Below, piece after piece: positions 26,888-36,833 of a stretch of 64,000 nt of DNA (position 1 is its first letter; every line of letters begins with the position of its first letter). This DNA comes from Thermoplasmata archaeon (GTDB lineage: Archaea > Thermoplasmatota > Thermoplasmata > GCA-020350865), in assembly GCA_020348445.1 (NCBI GenBank), contig CP070751.1, forward strand, positions 2,549,252-2,613,251. Reading direction: 5' to 3'. The notes beneath the pieces were generated by a model. The model made no database searches, was not told the DNA's origin, and was given only the letters and a program-made list of their open reading frames with translations. Made by a program: the position numbers and the translations under genes.

Positions 26888-27263
26888 GCTCAACTGTCCC
26901 CTCGTCAGCATTTACTTTCAGCTTGTCTCCAGATTTTATTTGCTCGATATCGATACCATCCACGCATGGAATACCAGCAAGGATAACTCCCGTGGCCACT
27001 ATTGTCTCTGTTTCCTTGTTTACGATGGCCTTTGGAGCAACACCGTTTTTCTTTAGACCGTATATCACATAAGAACCCACGGTTGAGCCCTTGCCCATAG
27101 GGAATACAAGTATCTTGTCCTTGACATTCTGCCCTTCGAGCTCGTGCCCTTTTTCTATGACATCCCCTGTTTTGGCATCAATTCCACCGTAGAATCCAAT
27201 GGGCTCTTTAGATACAATGGCCTCCCCTTCTACTGTACCTGGATAAATTGTCCTTCCCTTCAT
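26880..27263 (-). CDS. Phosphomevalonate dehydratase small subunit (AcnX swiveling domain; start MKGR at 27263)
   Basis: GEAIVS..PIGFYGGID..TG, GKILVFP.GKGSTVGSY. Confidence 0.9.
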   Translation of the reverse strand: MKGRTIYPGTVEGEAIVSKEPIGFYGGIDAKTGDVIEKGHELEGQNVKDKILVFPMGKGSTVGSYVIYGLKKNGVAPKAIVNKETETIVATGVILAGIPCVDGIDIEQIKSGDKLKVNADEGTVEHG

Positions 27264-28447
27264 TTTAACGCCCCCTGAATCAGAATATCGATGTCGCGAA
27301 ATATCACTTCTTGCTTGCAAAAGCCAGGAAGGTAATTTGCAGCCTTGCCCGAATTAACTCCAGTGGTTTTATATCCCATTTCCTCGATAGGAGAGACAAC
27401 ACAGCAGGTATCGGCCACTATTTTTCCCCCTGCCTTTTCAATTGTATCGTTGAATCCCATTCTCTGGGCAGCCTCCTTGACCATCCTGGATGTGCATATC
27501 CAAACTGGTTTTGTCAGGTTCTTTCCTTCCACCTTATCTGCCAATGTGGATATCTCTCTAAGGGAGGCATGGGGACAACCCATGATCACTATATCTGGTT
27601 CCTTGCCGGTGTTGAGCTTTTCATACGTTTCATCAAGGTTTTTCTCACCGACATCAATGGTCTCTAGGCCATTGATATCCTGCTGATTGGCCTCAGGAGT
27701 TTGATCTTCCACATAATAAAGTGCCACTGCACCAGAGGCGGCCATGGCAGCCCCAAGAGCTTTCAGCTGATCTGTGTTTGCATTAGAGAGACCCTTAAAC
27801 AACGGTATCGCCTTCTTAACCTGTTTCCCAACATGGTAACCCAGGGCACCGTAATTGGAATTGTACTTTAGATCGGCATCCACGTTTATCACAACACTGG
27901 GCTTTCTGTTTTCATCAAGATGCAATCCATAGTTGGGGGTCACACCGCATAGTGCAGCTGCAAGTGCAGATGGACCTCCTTCGCGGTTTGTCCTTGCCCC
28001 AATTACAGAATTTGCAAATGACACAGCCGAGGATTCTGACCATGCAATATGCTCCCTGAACCTAGGAAGGTTTCCAGCCAGATAAGGTGTGCACGTGGAA
28101 GTAACCACAATTCCCATTTTCTTGAATGCGTTCATAATCCTGGTCTGCTTTTCTGCAAATTCCTTTGGAAATCCTAGCTTGTCCCAGTCCTCTAAATCCA
28201 TTCCAGCGGGATTCAGATATGTCAGAACCTGGACCTTGGCACCTTTTCCTGCAAAGTCCTCCAGAAACTCCAGTCCTGGATCACCTATTGACTTAAATGA
28301 TACACCTGCCACCTGAACCGAGCCTACAGGTATCATCTTGTCAGCACCATAGATATCTCCCAATCGTGTCAAGAGCCTGAACATACGTTCAAGCACCTCT
28401 CCCTTCTCACCCTCAAGAATCTTTTCCTCATCCTTTGTTAGATACAT
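27260..28447 (-). CDS. Phosphomevalonate dehydratase large subunit (AcnX)
   Basis: TCTPY, WSESSAVSFANSVIGARTNREG, GCPH, DTCCVVSP Fe-S ligands. Confidence 0.92.
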   Translation of the reverse strand: MYLTKDEEKILEGEKGEVLERMFRLLTRLGDIYGADKMIPVGSVQVAGVSFKSIGDPGLEFLEDFAGKGAKVQVLTYLNPAGMDLEDWDKLGFPKEFAEKQTRIMNAFKKMGIVVTSTCTPYLAGNLPRFREHIAWSESSAVSFANSVIGARTNREGGPSALAAALCGVTPNYGLHLDENRKPSVVINVDADLKYNSNYGALGYHVGKQVKKAIPLFKGLSNANTDQLKALGAAMAASGAVALYYVEDQTPEANQQDINGLETIDVGEKNLDETYEKLNTGKEPDIVIMGCPHASLREISTLADKVEGKNLTKPVWICTSRMVKEAAQRMGFNDTIEKAGGKIVADTCCVVSPIEEMGYKTTGVNSGKAANYLPGFCKQEVIFRDIDILIQGALK

Positions 28448-28755
28448 TCTGCCAACTCCTTACAATTTTTTACCAATATATCAATTTCATCTTTGGAGGC
28501 CTCATCCACATGAACACCTCCAACAACCACGACTTTTGTATTGTATTTTTCACATGCCTTCTTAGCAATTGGTTCCAGGACAATGTGATCGTAGTGACCC
28601 TCCAATTTGATGGTCTCGGGCTCCTTCCCTGGCTCCATCACCACCACCCCGCCAATATGTGGTCTTTCCCCTCCTCCAAGAATAAACAGTAATTCACCCG
28701 AAAGGATCTCCTTTTTCAACCAAACTTTATATTTACCGCTACCTGCAGTAATCAT
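28438..28755 (-). CDS. LpdD-like putative prenylated-FMN chaperone
   Basis: GGGERPHIGG, GHYD and GGVHVD motifs resemble LpdD (GGxxPHIG...HKD...GIHV); overlaps both ubiD and acnX. Confidence 0.65.
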   Translation of the reverse strand: MITAGSGKYKVWLKKEILSGELLFILGGGERPHIGGVVVMEPGKEPETIKLEGHYDHIVLEPIAKKACEKYNTKVVVVGGVHVDEASKDEIDILVKNCKELAECI

Positions 28756-30046
28756 TTAAATCTACTTCCTTGTATTGAACCTTCACATATTTACTGGGAT
28801 CCACATGTGATGGTATTGTTGCATCCAATCCCACCTTCGTGGTCTTCGTTTTCTTACCAGAATGATCCCCACTTGGATCCAATGAAGAGCCTGGTTGGTC
28901 GGTTAGCATCACAACATCTGTGTGGGCCTGGAATCTGGTTGCGAGGGCCCATTCCAGGGCAATGGGATCGTATATATCCACATCTACATCCACGATGGTG
29001 ACATGCTTCATGCTCTTATGACCCTTCATCGCCGCCTCGATGGCCTTCTTTCCGTCATCTGCATGCTCCTTTTCAATTTGGACCACACCATGCAACCACG
29101 AGCCGCCGCCCATTGTGACGAGCACGTTCTTGCACTTGCAAACCTTGCTAACCTCATCATAAATTGTAGGCTCCTTTGGCATACCCATAAGCAATTTGTG
29201 CTCCATCCTTCCAGGAATCAGTGCCTGGTACATAGCGCCATTCCTGTGTGTTATGCAGTCCACCGCGAACACGGGCTCCTGTCTTTCAAAATCTCTTGTT
29301 TCAGTCAAATCCACAAAAGGACCTTCCCTGTCAACCTCCCTTGTTATCCTGCCCTCTAAGACTATCTCTGATTCAGCTGGAACCTCCAAATCTTTTGTTA
29401 CACACTTAGTCAACTTCGTCTCCATCATTGCATTTGCAATGGATAGCTCATCCACACCTGAAGGAGGTCCCAAAGACGCTGCAACCATCACTGGAACCGA
29501 ATTTCCGATGCAAACTGCCATCTCCAAATCCCCTTCTGTCTTATCGTAGGTTGTCCTGGTCTGCCGCTTTGGTATCAAACGGGCACTGCATCTATTCTTT
29601 CCGAGCTGCATTAGTCGGTGGTAGCAGGCATTTCTGCCTGTCTCTGGATCCTTTATTATGGCAACTGTTGCTGTCGCATATTTTCCACCATCACCAGGTA
29701 GATGCATGAGAATTGGGAGCTTATCCAAATCCGGTTCCTTGTTCACCACTTCCTGACAAGGTGGATTCTCTACGATCTCAGGCTCCTTTGGATTGCGCAA
29801 TGATTCAACCAACGCAAAGAGCAATTTCTCCCTTGTGGTGCCAAGACCCGTTGCTATTACATCCCTAGTTGATGTTATTCCACTGAATACTGGAAATTCA
29901 TACCCCTTCACGTTCTCGAAAATAACTGGTTGCTCGCAAAGTGTGTTTATCACGTTGGCAATCTCATATTCTGTGCTCACTTCTCTTTTTATTCTAAATA
30001 ACTTTCCTACTTCCTCCAGCTTATTTAAAAATTCACGCAAATTCAT
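28739..30046 (-). CDS. UbiD-family decarboxylase, likely anhydromevalonate phosphate decarboxylase
   Basis: RN..YHRL, E.VLEG, EGPFVD, EH...G.PKEP, K.V.IVD.DVDI, SLDPS; operon with mvk, acnX and ubiX. Confidence 0.9.
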   Translation of the reverse strand: MNLREFLNKLEEVGKLFRIKREVSTEYEIANVINTLCEQPVIFENVKGYEFPVFSGITSTRDVIATGLGTTREKLLFALVESLRNPKEPEIVENPPCQEVVNKEPDLDKLPILMHLPGDGGKYATATVAIIKDPETGRNACYHRLMQLGKNRCSARLIPKRQTRTTYDKTEGDLEMAVCIGNSVPVMVAASLGPPSGVDELSIANAMMETKLTKCVTKDLEVPAESEIVLEGRITREVDREGPFVDLTETRDFERQEPVFAVDCITHRNGAMYQALIPGRMEHKLLMGMPKEPTIYDEVSKVCKCKNVLVTMGGGSWLHGVVQIEKEHADDGKKAIEAAMKGHKSMKHVTIVDVDVDIYDPIALEWALATRFQAHTDVVMLTDQPGSSLDPSGDHSGKKTKTTKVGLDATIPSHVDPSKYVKVQYKEVDLNDYCR

Positions 30047-30057
30047 GTTACCACTTC

Positions 30058-30987
30058 CTATACACCTATTTCTGTCCTCAGGGCTTCAAATCCCTCCTTC
30101 TCGATGGCCCTCGCAACCCTCTCCTGTATTTCCTCGCCTGGTGTCAAAGCCACCATGTATCCACCCAAACCCCCCCCTGTCATCTTTGCACCGTATGCAC
30201 CCTGCTCCCTTGCAACCTCCACCAAAAAGTCCAGCTCTGTTGAGGACACCTCTATACTCTGTAAAAGTTCATGATTCTTATCCATTAACTTTCCCACGGT
30301 CTCAAGATCGTAGGATACCAATGCAGATCTTGCATATTTTGCCAGTTCATTGGCTGCACCAAAGAGTCTATCGTATTTTACTGGATCTTTTTGTTTTCTG
30401 TCTCTAACACCAGCAACAGCTTCTTTGGTGTTTGCTACGATGCCGGTATTACCCATAACTATCTCCACAGGTTGCTTTAAAGTCAATCCCTCCATAATAT
30501 TGGGTACACCTTTCTTGAACCATATAAGACCACCGAAAGTTGCTACGGTGTTGTCTATCCCTGATGGAGTACCATGATACCCCTTCTCGCCTTCAAATGC
30601 GATCTCGTTGATCTTCTCATCCAAAAATCCCAGTTTGAATTCTGCAGATAGTGCCCTTGCAATGGCGGCGCAAGAAGCAGCACTTGCTCCAACCCCACTT
30701 GCTGCCTTCAGGTCCCCCACAAGATAGATATTGATAGGGGTTTGATTCACATCGATTGCAGCGGCCTTAAGAATCCTTTCAATTGAATCTCTCTGATGCT
30801 CCATCTTCTCCTTTTTATATCCTGGTGTTGCAGGTCTATCATCATCTAAGGACCATCCCTGGCCTTCGATTTGCTCTACCTTTGCAATGGTTTTTGAACC
30901 TATTGCAGATGCTATGGCTGGTATACCATACACCACAAAGTGCTCGTTAAATAAAATCACCTTACCATATCCTGAACCTTCACCCAT
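30058..30987 (-). CDS. mvk: Mevalonate kinase
   Basis: GKVILFNEHFVVYGIPAIA, GVGASAA ATP loop, HGTPSGIDN, GAKMTGGGLGG. Confidence 0.93.
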   Translation of the reverse strand: MGEGSGYGKVILFNEHFVVYGIPAIASAIGSKTIAKVEQIEGQGWSLDDDRPATPGYKKEKMEHQRDSIERILKAAAIDVNQTPINIYLVGDLKAASGVGASAASCAAIARALSAEFKLGFLDEKINEIAFEGEKGYHGTPSGIDNTVATFGGLIWFKKGVPNIMEGLTLKQPVEIVMGNTGIVANTKEAVAGVRDRKQKDPVKYDRLFGAANELAKYARSALVSYDLETVGKLMDKNHELLQSIEVSSTELDFLVEVAREQGAYGAKMTGGGLGGYMVALTPGEEIQERVARAIEKEGFEALRTEIGV

Positions 30988-31177
30988 GGGATTACCCCCC
31001 AGAACTTTTATTTAATCAAATTTCAACTACACTAAAGAACCTGTTTTCTTATCCAGGTTTCGTAATATATTATGAATATATTAAGATTGTGTCCGTCATT
31101 TGTCGATAAAACTGGACTATATTCTGGATTCATTAAATCAAAACTTATAAAACCATTAAAACACAATCCACACTTCA

Positions 31178-32263
31178 ATGCAAATCAAGAAATTGGAGAA
31201 GGGCTCCAAATACACTGGTGAACTTCCTGAGGGCTGCAAGTTCTGCAGACAGGGAAGAAAGATGGTTATGTTGGTAACAGGCCTTTGCAAACTATCATGT
31301 TTCTACTGTCCTCTTTCTGCCAAGAAAAAGGGCAATGATGTAATCTACGCAAACGAGAAAAATGTGGAATCGGACGAGGATGTGATTTATGAGGCAAAAA
31401 CCATAGATGCCCTTGGAACTGGAATAACTGGTGGGGATCCTCTTGAGGTTCTCGATCGGACATTACATTACATAAAAATCCTGAAAAACGAATTTGGGGA
31501 TGATCACCATATTCACCTTTACACTGGCTACACATCCGACTCAAAAACCTTAGTCAAACTCCAAAATACAGGTCTTAACGAGATCAGGTTTCATATCCCA
31601 TTCAATTTCTGGACCAAATTCCAAGACTCCAAATATGAAAATACAATTAATGAAGCCCTGAAAACCAACATGACTGTTGGGGTGGAGCTTCCTGCACTTC
31701 CAGATCTAAAGGAGGAATTGATAGCCCTCACACTCCAACTGGATAACCTGGGTGTGCATTTTCTCAATCTTAACGAGCTGGAATACTCTGAGACAAACTG
31801 GGAAGAGCTGATAGGGAGGCATTATGAAATCAGGCATGAGACATCAAATGCCATAAAAGGCAGCCAGTGGGTGGCAGATGATATCTTAAAAAGGCTTGAT
31901 ACAACAATGGCACTGCACTATTGTTCGTCCAGATTCAAAGACGGCGTTCAGTTGAAGCGAAGGATAAAAAGAAGGGCCAAGAACACGAAACGTGAAAGCG
32001 ATATTGTAACTGAAGAAGGGCTTTTTATCAAAGGTATTGTAGAATGTGACGATCTCGGGGGAGTTTACGAACAACTTAAGGAGAGGTTCAAGATTCCAGG
32101 TGAACTCATTTATATCGACAAAGAAAAAGAAAGATTGGAAATCGCACCTTGGATCCTCGAAGATATCCACGAAAAGATCGATTACCCCTGTTTTATAGTG
32201 GAGGAATACCCCACAGCGGACAGGCTGGAGGTGGAGAGAAGGCCCCTAAAATGGCCACCATAA
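31178..32263 (+). CDS. Radical SAM Fe-S protein (conserved archaeal family, function unknown)
   Basis: CKLSCFYC motif; GITGGDP; HIHLYT; LNLNELE. Confidence 0.85.
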   Translation: MQIKKLEKGSKYTGELPEGCKFCRQGRKMVMLVTGLCKLSCFYCPLSAKKKGNDVIYANEKNVESDEDVIYEAKTIDALGTGITGGDPLEVLDRTLHYIKILKNEFGDDHHIHLYTGYTSDSKTLVKLQNTGLNEIRFHIPFNFWTKFQDSKYENTINEALKTNMTVGVELPALPDLKEELIALTLQLDNLGVHFLNLNELEYSETNWEELIGRHYEIRHETSNAIKGSQWVADDILKRLDTTMALHYCSSRFKDGVQLKRRIKRRAKNTKRESDIVTEEGLFIKGIVECDDLGGVYEQLKERFKIPGELIYIDKEKERLEIAPWILEDIHEKIDYPCFIVEEYPTADRLEVERRPLKWPP

Positions 32264-32358
32264 AATACGTACTATATTGGGATAAGGTGTCAACCAGTCA
32301 AAAATTAATAATCTTTTTAGAAATTGGAGGAAGGGCGGGTGGAGGGGGATAGGAGGTG

Positions 32359-32465
32359 GGAAGAGGGAAAGGGAAAAGAGTAAGAAAATGGAGAGAAGAG
32401 GGTGGGTGGAGGAAGACAGGGGGTAGGAAGAGGGAAAGGGAAAAGAGTGAGAAAATGGAGAGAAG
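32359..32465 (+). repeat. 40-bp direct repeat (39/40 identical, period 67 bp) in a purine-rich tract
   Basis: GGAAGAGGGAAAGGGAAAAGAGTRAGAAAATGGAGAGAAG at 32359-32398 and 32426-32465. Confidence 0.9.
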
Positions 32466-32602
32466 GGGGCAGGTGGAAGGGGAAGGATGACAGAAATTTG
32501 GTAATAGGGAAGAGAGAAGGAGCATACTACATCTCTTTCTTGGGAACAGAAAAACTATTTTACTGCTATTGGGTATATATGTCCCTTTGGATGGTTGTAT
32601 TT

Positions 32603-34687
32603 ATGAAAGGCAGCATAAAAAAATGGGCGTTGATTTTGTTTACATCCTTTGCTCTTGTCACCTTTGATACTATAAGTTTAATAATCGAATTATCAATGAC
32701 AAGCCAGGGGGATATTATTGGGGATTTTCCCCCCTCTGATGATAGTGAATGGATTATCACCCAAGACACTTATGTTTCAAATGAAAATATCACACTACAT
32801 GGGAATATAATCATCAATGATGGAGGCATCCTTACATTGGATAATACAGTCTTAAATATCAACGCTAGTAACTATGGAAACGCCATGATTGATGTGAAAA
32901 ATGGCGGTGAGCTGAACATAATCAATGATTCCAGGATCAATCAGGGCCAAACCAAGATTAACTACGATTTCTGGTTTGAAAATGGAAGTGTTGGATTAAT
33001 TCAAAACAGTACCATTAGGGACTGCGGCTGGGATGACGGACAAACAGGCCAGAGCTCCAATGGGATTTTGATTGAATCAAATGACGTGATAATAGAGAAT
33101 TCCACGCTCACCAAAAACTACATAGGGATAGTGGCTCTCAGATCATCTCCTATAATAAACAACAACTTGATCCAGGATAACAGGCTCTACGGTGTGATTC
33201 TGATAAATAGCTCAGCACAGCTTACTGGCAATTACATCTCAATCAATCCTGTTGGTGTAATCTCCTATTTCTCTGAGCCCACTCTTTTAGACAATGAGAT
33301 TGTTGATTGCGGGGATGGGGCAAGGTTCTATTTCTCACATATTCATATTAGCGGTGGTAAGGTATCATCCAACAGCCCAAACGACTGCAGTACGGGAGCA
33401 TGCAGTGCCGAAGAGAGCGGAAAAGGTATATATGTAAGTGCCTCGAACCTGTCAGTTAAGAATGTGAACATATCAGAGAACAGCGGTGGTATAATTGCCA
33501 TTTACTCGAGTCTCGATGTTCGCAGTTCATTATTCTTGAATAATTATGATGATGGTATCATGGGAGAATACTCTGAAATCGTTCTCCTAAACAATATTTT
33601 CACAAGCAATGAGGACTACGCCATAAGATGGAGATACACTACTTTTTCAGTTGATGAAACAAATGAATTCATTCAGAATGACGGCCTTGGCAGGGCAATT
33701 GTGGAATGGGGAGTACAAATCAATGTAACAGACAGCTATGGTGATAAGGTTGCCGGCGCAAATGTGCAATTGGATAATGATGGTGATTCTGACATATCAC
33801 AGACCACAGATCCCTCGGGAATTGTATTTGTAGAAGTCCCTGAATATGAAATTTCCAACGACGGCACCCCTAAAAATTACAATCCTTTTACTGTAACTGC
33901 ATCCAAAACCGCGCCCTGGGACGGCGTGACTTACAGTAATTCTACACAAATCGAAGTAAAAGATAATTATGCCACAGACCTGAGAATCCCCCTTGTAAAA
34001 CCCGATCTAAAGGTTGAGGAAATTGGTTTTTCTGAGGACCCAAGAGTTGAGGACGAGGTGAAGATAAAGGTTATAATATCGAACATAGGAGAAGCAAGAG
34101 CCAATAATTTCATGGTAATAATCTCACAAAAGAATCCCCTTAACAAAACCTTCGTTATCCACAACACTACCATATCTCTTGATCCCAACAACTCCACCGA
34201 GATTTCAGTCTCCTGGACACCGGAAACTGAAGGCGATTCCATTATAAAGGTAAAAATTCAGACCAGTTATGACGAGAAAGATAAGGCCAACAACTTACTT
34301 GAGAAAAACGTAAATGTTAAGGAGAAAGCCCTTTTATTTTACGAAGAGCCATATTTTATGGCGACTCTCGTATCTATATTGATTATTTTATTAGGAATAG
34401 CAATCTATACCCGTACTTTGAAGAAAAAAGAGGTGGGGGAAGGAGAGGAACCTTATGATGGTGACAAAGGAGAATTCGAAAGCGGGGAAACCGAGGATCA
34501 TTATGAGGATGAAGAAGGCGGAATGAAAAGTGGGGAATCTGAGGTTCATCATGAGGGTGAAAAAGGAGGACTCGAAAGTGGGGATTCTGAGGAACATTTT
34601 GGTGGTGAAGAAGGCTTAATTAAGGATGAAAAAGCAAAAGTTCAAAATGAAGGTGAGGATGTTAAACACGTTGAGAGGGAAGGTTAA
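32603..34687 (+). CDS. Surface protein: right-handed parallel beta-helix, CARDB domain, TM, acidic repeat tail (start revised; ORF-track N-terminus spans the low-complexity repeat)
   Basis: Signal-like MKGSIKK...; NxIxxNxxGI repeats; KPDLKVEEI...ISNIG...W.P CARDB; TM; three ESG..E.H repeats. Confidence 0.78.
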   Translation: MKGSIKKWALILFTSFALVTFDTISLIIELSMTSQGDIIGDFPPSDDSEWIITQDTYVSNENITLHGNIIINDGGILTLDNTVLNINASNYGNAMIDVKNGGELNIINDSRINQGQTKINYDFWFENGSVGLIQNSTIRDCGWDDGQTGQSSNGILIESNDVIIENSTLTKNYIGIVALRSSPIINNNLIQDNRLYGVILINSSAQLTGNYISINPVGVISYFSEPTLLDNEIVDCGDGARFYFSHIHISGGKVSSNSPNDCSTGACSAEESGKGIYVSASNLSVKNVNISENSGGIIAIYSSLDVRSSLFLNNYDDGIMGEYSEIVLLNNIFTSNEDYAIRWRYTTFSVDETNEFIQNDGLGRAIVEWGVQINVTDSYGDKVAGANVQLDNDGDSDISQTTDPSGIVFVEVPEYEISNDGTPKNYNPFTVTASKTAPWDGVTYSNSTQIEVKDNYATDLRIPLVKPDLKVEEIGFSEDPRVEDEVKIKVIISNIGEARANNFMVIISQKNPLNKTFVIHNTTISLDPNNSTEISVSWTPETEGDSIIKVKIQTSYDEKDKANNLLEKNVNVKEKALLFYEEPYFMATLVSILIILLGIAIYTRTLKKKEVGEGEEPYDGDKGEFESGETEDHYEDEEGGMKSGESEVHHEGEKGGLESGDSEEHFGGEEGLIKDEKAKVQNEGEDVKHVEREG

Positions 34688-34708
34688 AATTAACTATTTT
34701 ATCTAATT

Positions 34709-36724
34709 CTACTGGTCTTCAGCACCGTTGTGCCATGGATCGTAACTATTTGCGCCCGGACTGTTTTGGGAGGGCATAAAGGCTGGATCTCCGTAACAAA
34801 CGAACATTGAAACCTCTTTCCAATCCACTGATGTACCCTGATCAAATGGAGAGGTCTGGGAGGCTTTATTTGGATTGTTGATGTACCTGTTCTCTGCCCA
34901 TTGATGGGCCTTTCCAATTGTACCATATTCCTCTTCATGGTTGATTAAGCCGTCCAATGGGAAAGCGTACCAGCAGTTGTTGTTGTCCCACTGGTGATTG
35001 TCTTCCTCAAAAATAAATCCCATTGCATACTCACCTATAAGCGAATCTTTATCCTGAGCTAATTTGCTGTAACTTACCTCGGTGGCGGCAATTAGGCCCA
35101 CACCACCCGAATAAAAATAATTGGTGACCCAGAGCATCTCCATATCCAGAACGCCGCCCCACCAGTGGGTTCCCTGGATTTTGGCATTTTCGCAGCATAC
35201 ACTCACAAATACCTGGGGAGGTAGATAATAATCATATACGCTGTCGGGATGGGTATCATCATGGCCCTCCAACCTTGATTTCCCCTGTGGATCTTCTGCT
35301 TCTTCCGGTTCCCATACATAGAAGGTGGCATGCCAGCTACCATGGCCTCTGTATGCCATTATGCTGCTTGATTCAACAATTGGTTTCATCTCAGTCTCTT
35401 TCAAAGTCTCTGTGGCTGAACTGGGATTTTGGACACTTCCCCAAATACCTTCGTTGCCTGTGGTCCTCATGTATTCTGCAACAAAACCCTCATCTTTGAA
35501 ATCCTCAACTGCGAACTTGCCAGGTGTCATCTGCCCTCTTTGATCCGCGACCTCGAAGCCGTTCCATGCAGAGGCGTGGTTTCTCCAGTTTACTATCTGG
35601 GTTCCCGAATATGAATATGATACCTCTACCTCGTCTACTATCAAGTCATAGGCAAAGGTCCTAGCAATTTGATTGGATGCTCCTTGGACGTTCTTGTTTA
35701 TTATCCTGCCAACTGCGGAGTCCATGAAGTACTTGTCGTCACCCAGAAAACCATAAATAGCGTCGCATTCAACTATATGGTCCCCTTCTACAGAGGCTGG
35801 ATCTGAACTTGATTCGTCAGGCAGCTTGAACTGGGGAACAGCCTCAGCACTTCCAACTAGACAGATGTACTCTGTAGGACCATATTCCTGGTACACTTCC
35901 TTCAACTTGAGATAGAGACCTATTGCCCTGGAATTTACCTCGGTATCCATGTATCCAATTTCTTCGAAACTGGGCTCGTAATGGGTAAGAACATAGGCCT
36001 GATGAAAGGCAGCCATCTCTGCAGCCACAGCAGACAAACTGGGGATATGGAATGTTGCATTAAAAGGTGTCCCCTCTGAGGGCTCACCATCATCTTTATA
36101 ACTTGTGCCCTCTGAATAGAATATGTCTGTAAGATAATCCTCGGGATTTGTAACGATAACATAATTTGCATCCACGCCTTTGCTTGCCAGCTCGCCCCAT
36201 ACATCCTCCTGATATTTGTAGGTGGATTTACCCATGGTGATCATCTTATTCTCAACATTCGCCAAAGGAGCTACCCAAAGTGCTTCCTCGTAGGAGCCAA
36301 CACTGATTGTACCGTCAAATCCCTTGAAGTCCATTAGAACATAATTAGTTCTTTCGTAAACCTCCACGTTGTCCAGTTGGTTGGAGACGGCAGACGAAAC
36401 ACCCTCTGAATTTGTAAAAAGTAGCTTTGGCACATCCTTGATTGTCATGTGCTCTATTGTCCACAGCTGACGGTCATCTAGACCCTCCTCTCCTATTATG
36501 AACATGGGATTGTAGTTATCGCGTACAACCAGTGAGGACAAAGCTGCAATGAACATCAAATCCTCCTCGTTTTGGGGCTCATCCACAAGTACCATGTATT
36601 GGGAAGGAAGATCCACTGTGGGAATATGCCTCTTTTTTTCCTCCTCGCCCATTAACAGGTAGGCTAATATTGCAATGAGCAATAACGAGGTGACCACACC
36701 TGCGAAAACCTTCTTTCTGTCCAT
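34709..36724 (-). CDS. Membrane-anchored peptidase family C25 (gingipain-like)
   Basis: YICLVGSAEAVP, AVGRI, catalytic-like YRGHGS and VSVCCEN, GDPA; N-terminal TM. Confidence 0.75.
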   Translation of the reverse strand: MDRKKVFAGVVTSLLLIAILAYLLMGEEEKKRHIPTVDLPSQYMVLVDEPQNEEDLMFIAALSSLVVRDNYNPMFIIGEEGLDDRQLWTIEHMTIKDVPKLLFTNSEGVSSAVSNQLDNVEVYERTNYVLMDFKGFDGTISVGSYEEALWVAPLANVENKMITMGKSTYKYQEDVWGELASKGVDANYVIVTNPEDYLTDIFYSEGTSYKDDGEPSEGTPFNATFHIPSLSAVAAEMAAFHQAYVLTHYEPSFEEIGYMDTEVNSRAIGLYLKLKEVYQEYGPTEYICLVGSAEAVPQFKLPDESSSDPASVEGDHIVECDAIYGFLGDDKYFMDSAVGRIINKNVQGASNQIARTFAYDLIVDEVEVSYSYSGTQIVNWRNHASAWNGFEVADQRGQMTPGKFAVEDFKDEGFVAEYMRTTGNEGIWGSVQNPSSATETLKETEMKPIVESSSIMAYRGHGSWHATFYVWEPEEAEDPQGKSRLEGHDDTHPDSVYDYYLPPQVFVSVCCENAKIQGTHWWGGVLDMEMLWVTNYFYSGGVGLIAATEVSYSKLAQDKDSLIGEYAMGFIFEEDNHQWDNNNCWYAFPLDGLINHEEEYGTIGKAHQWAENRYINNPNKASQTSPFDQGTSVDWKEVSMFVCYGDPAFMPSQNSPGANSYDPWHNGAEDQ

Positions 36725-36833
36725 TTTATCACCGGGCTTGATTCTGGCTGATGCTGGATATATTCGTCAAACCTATTAATGCTCTTGTAAATATATAAAT
36801 ATAACTATTTACAGGCAAATTTGGGCTATGCCT

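Noticed and set aside
32298-32602. ORF 32298-32525 and the long N-terminus of ORF 32402
   Set aside because: Both are translations of the purine-rich low-complexity repeat; the signal-peptide-like start lies near 32591-32603.
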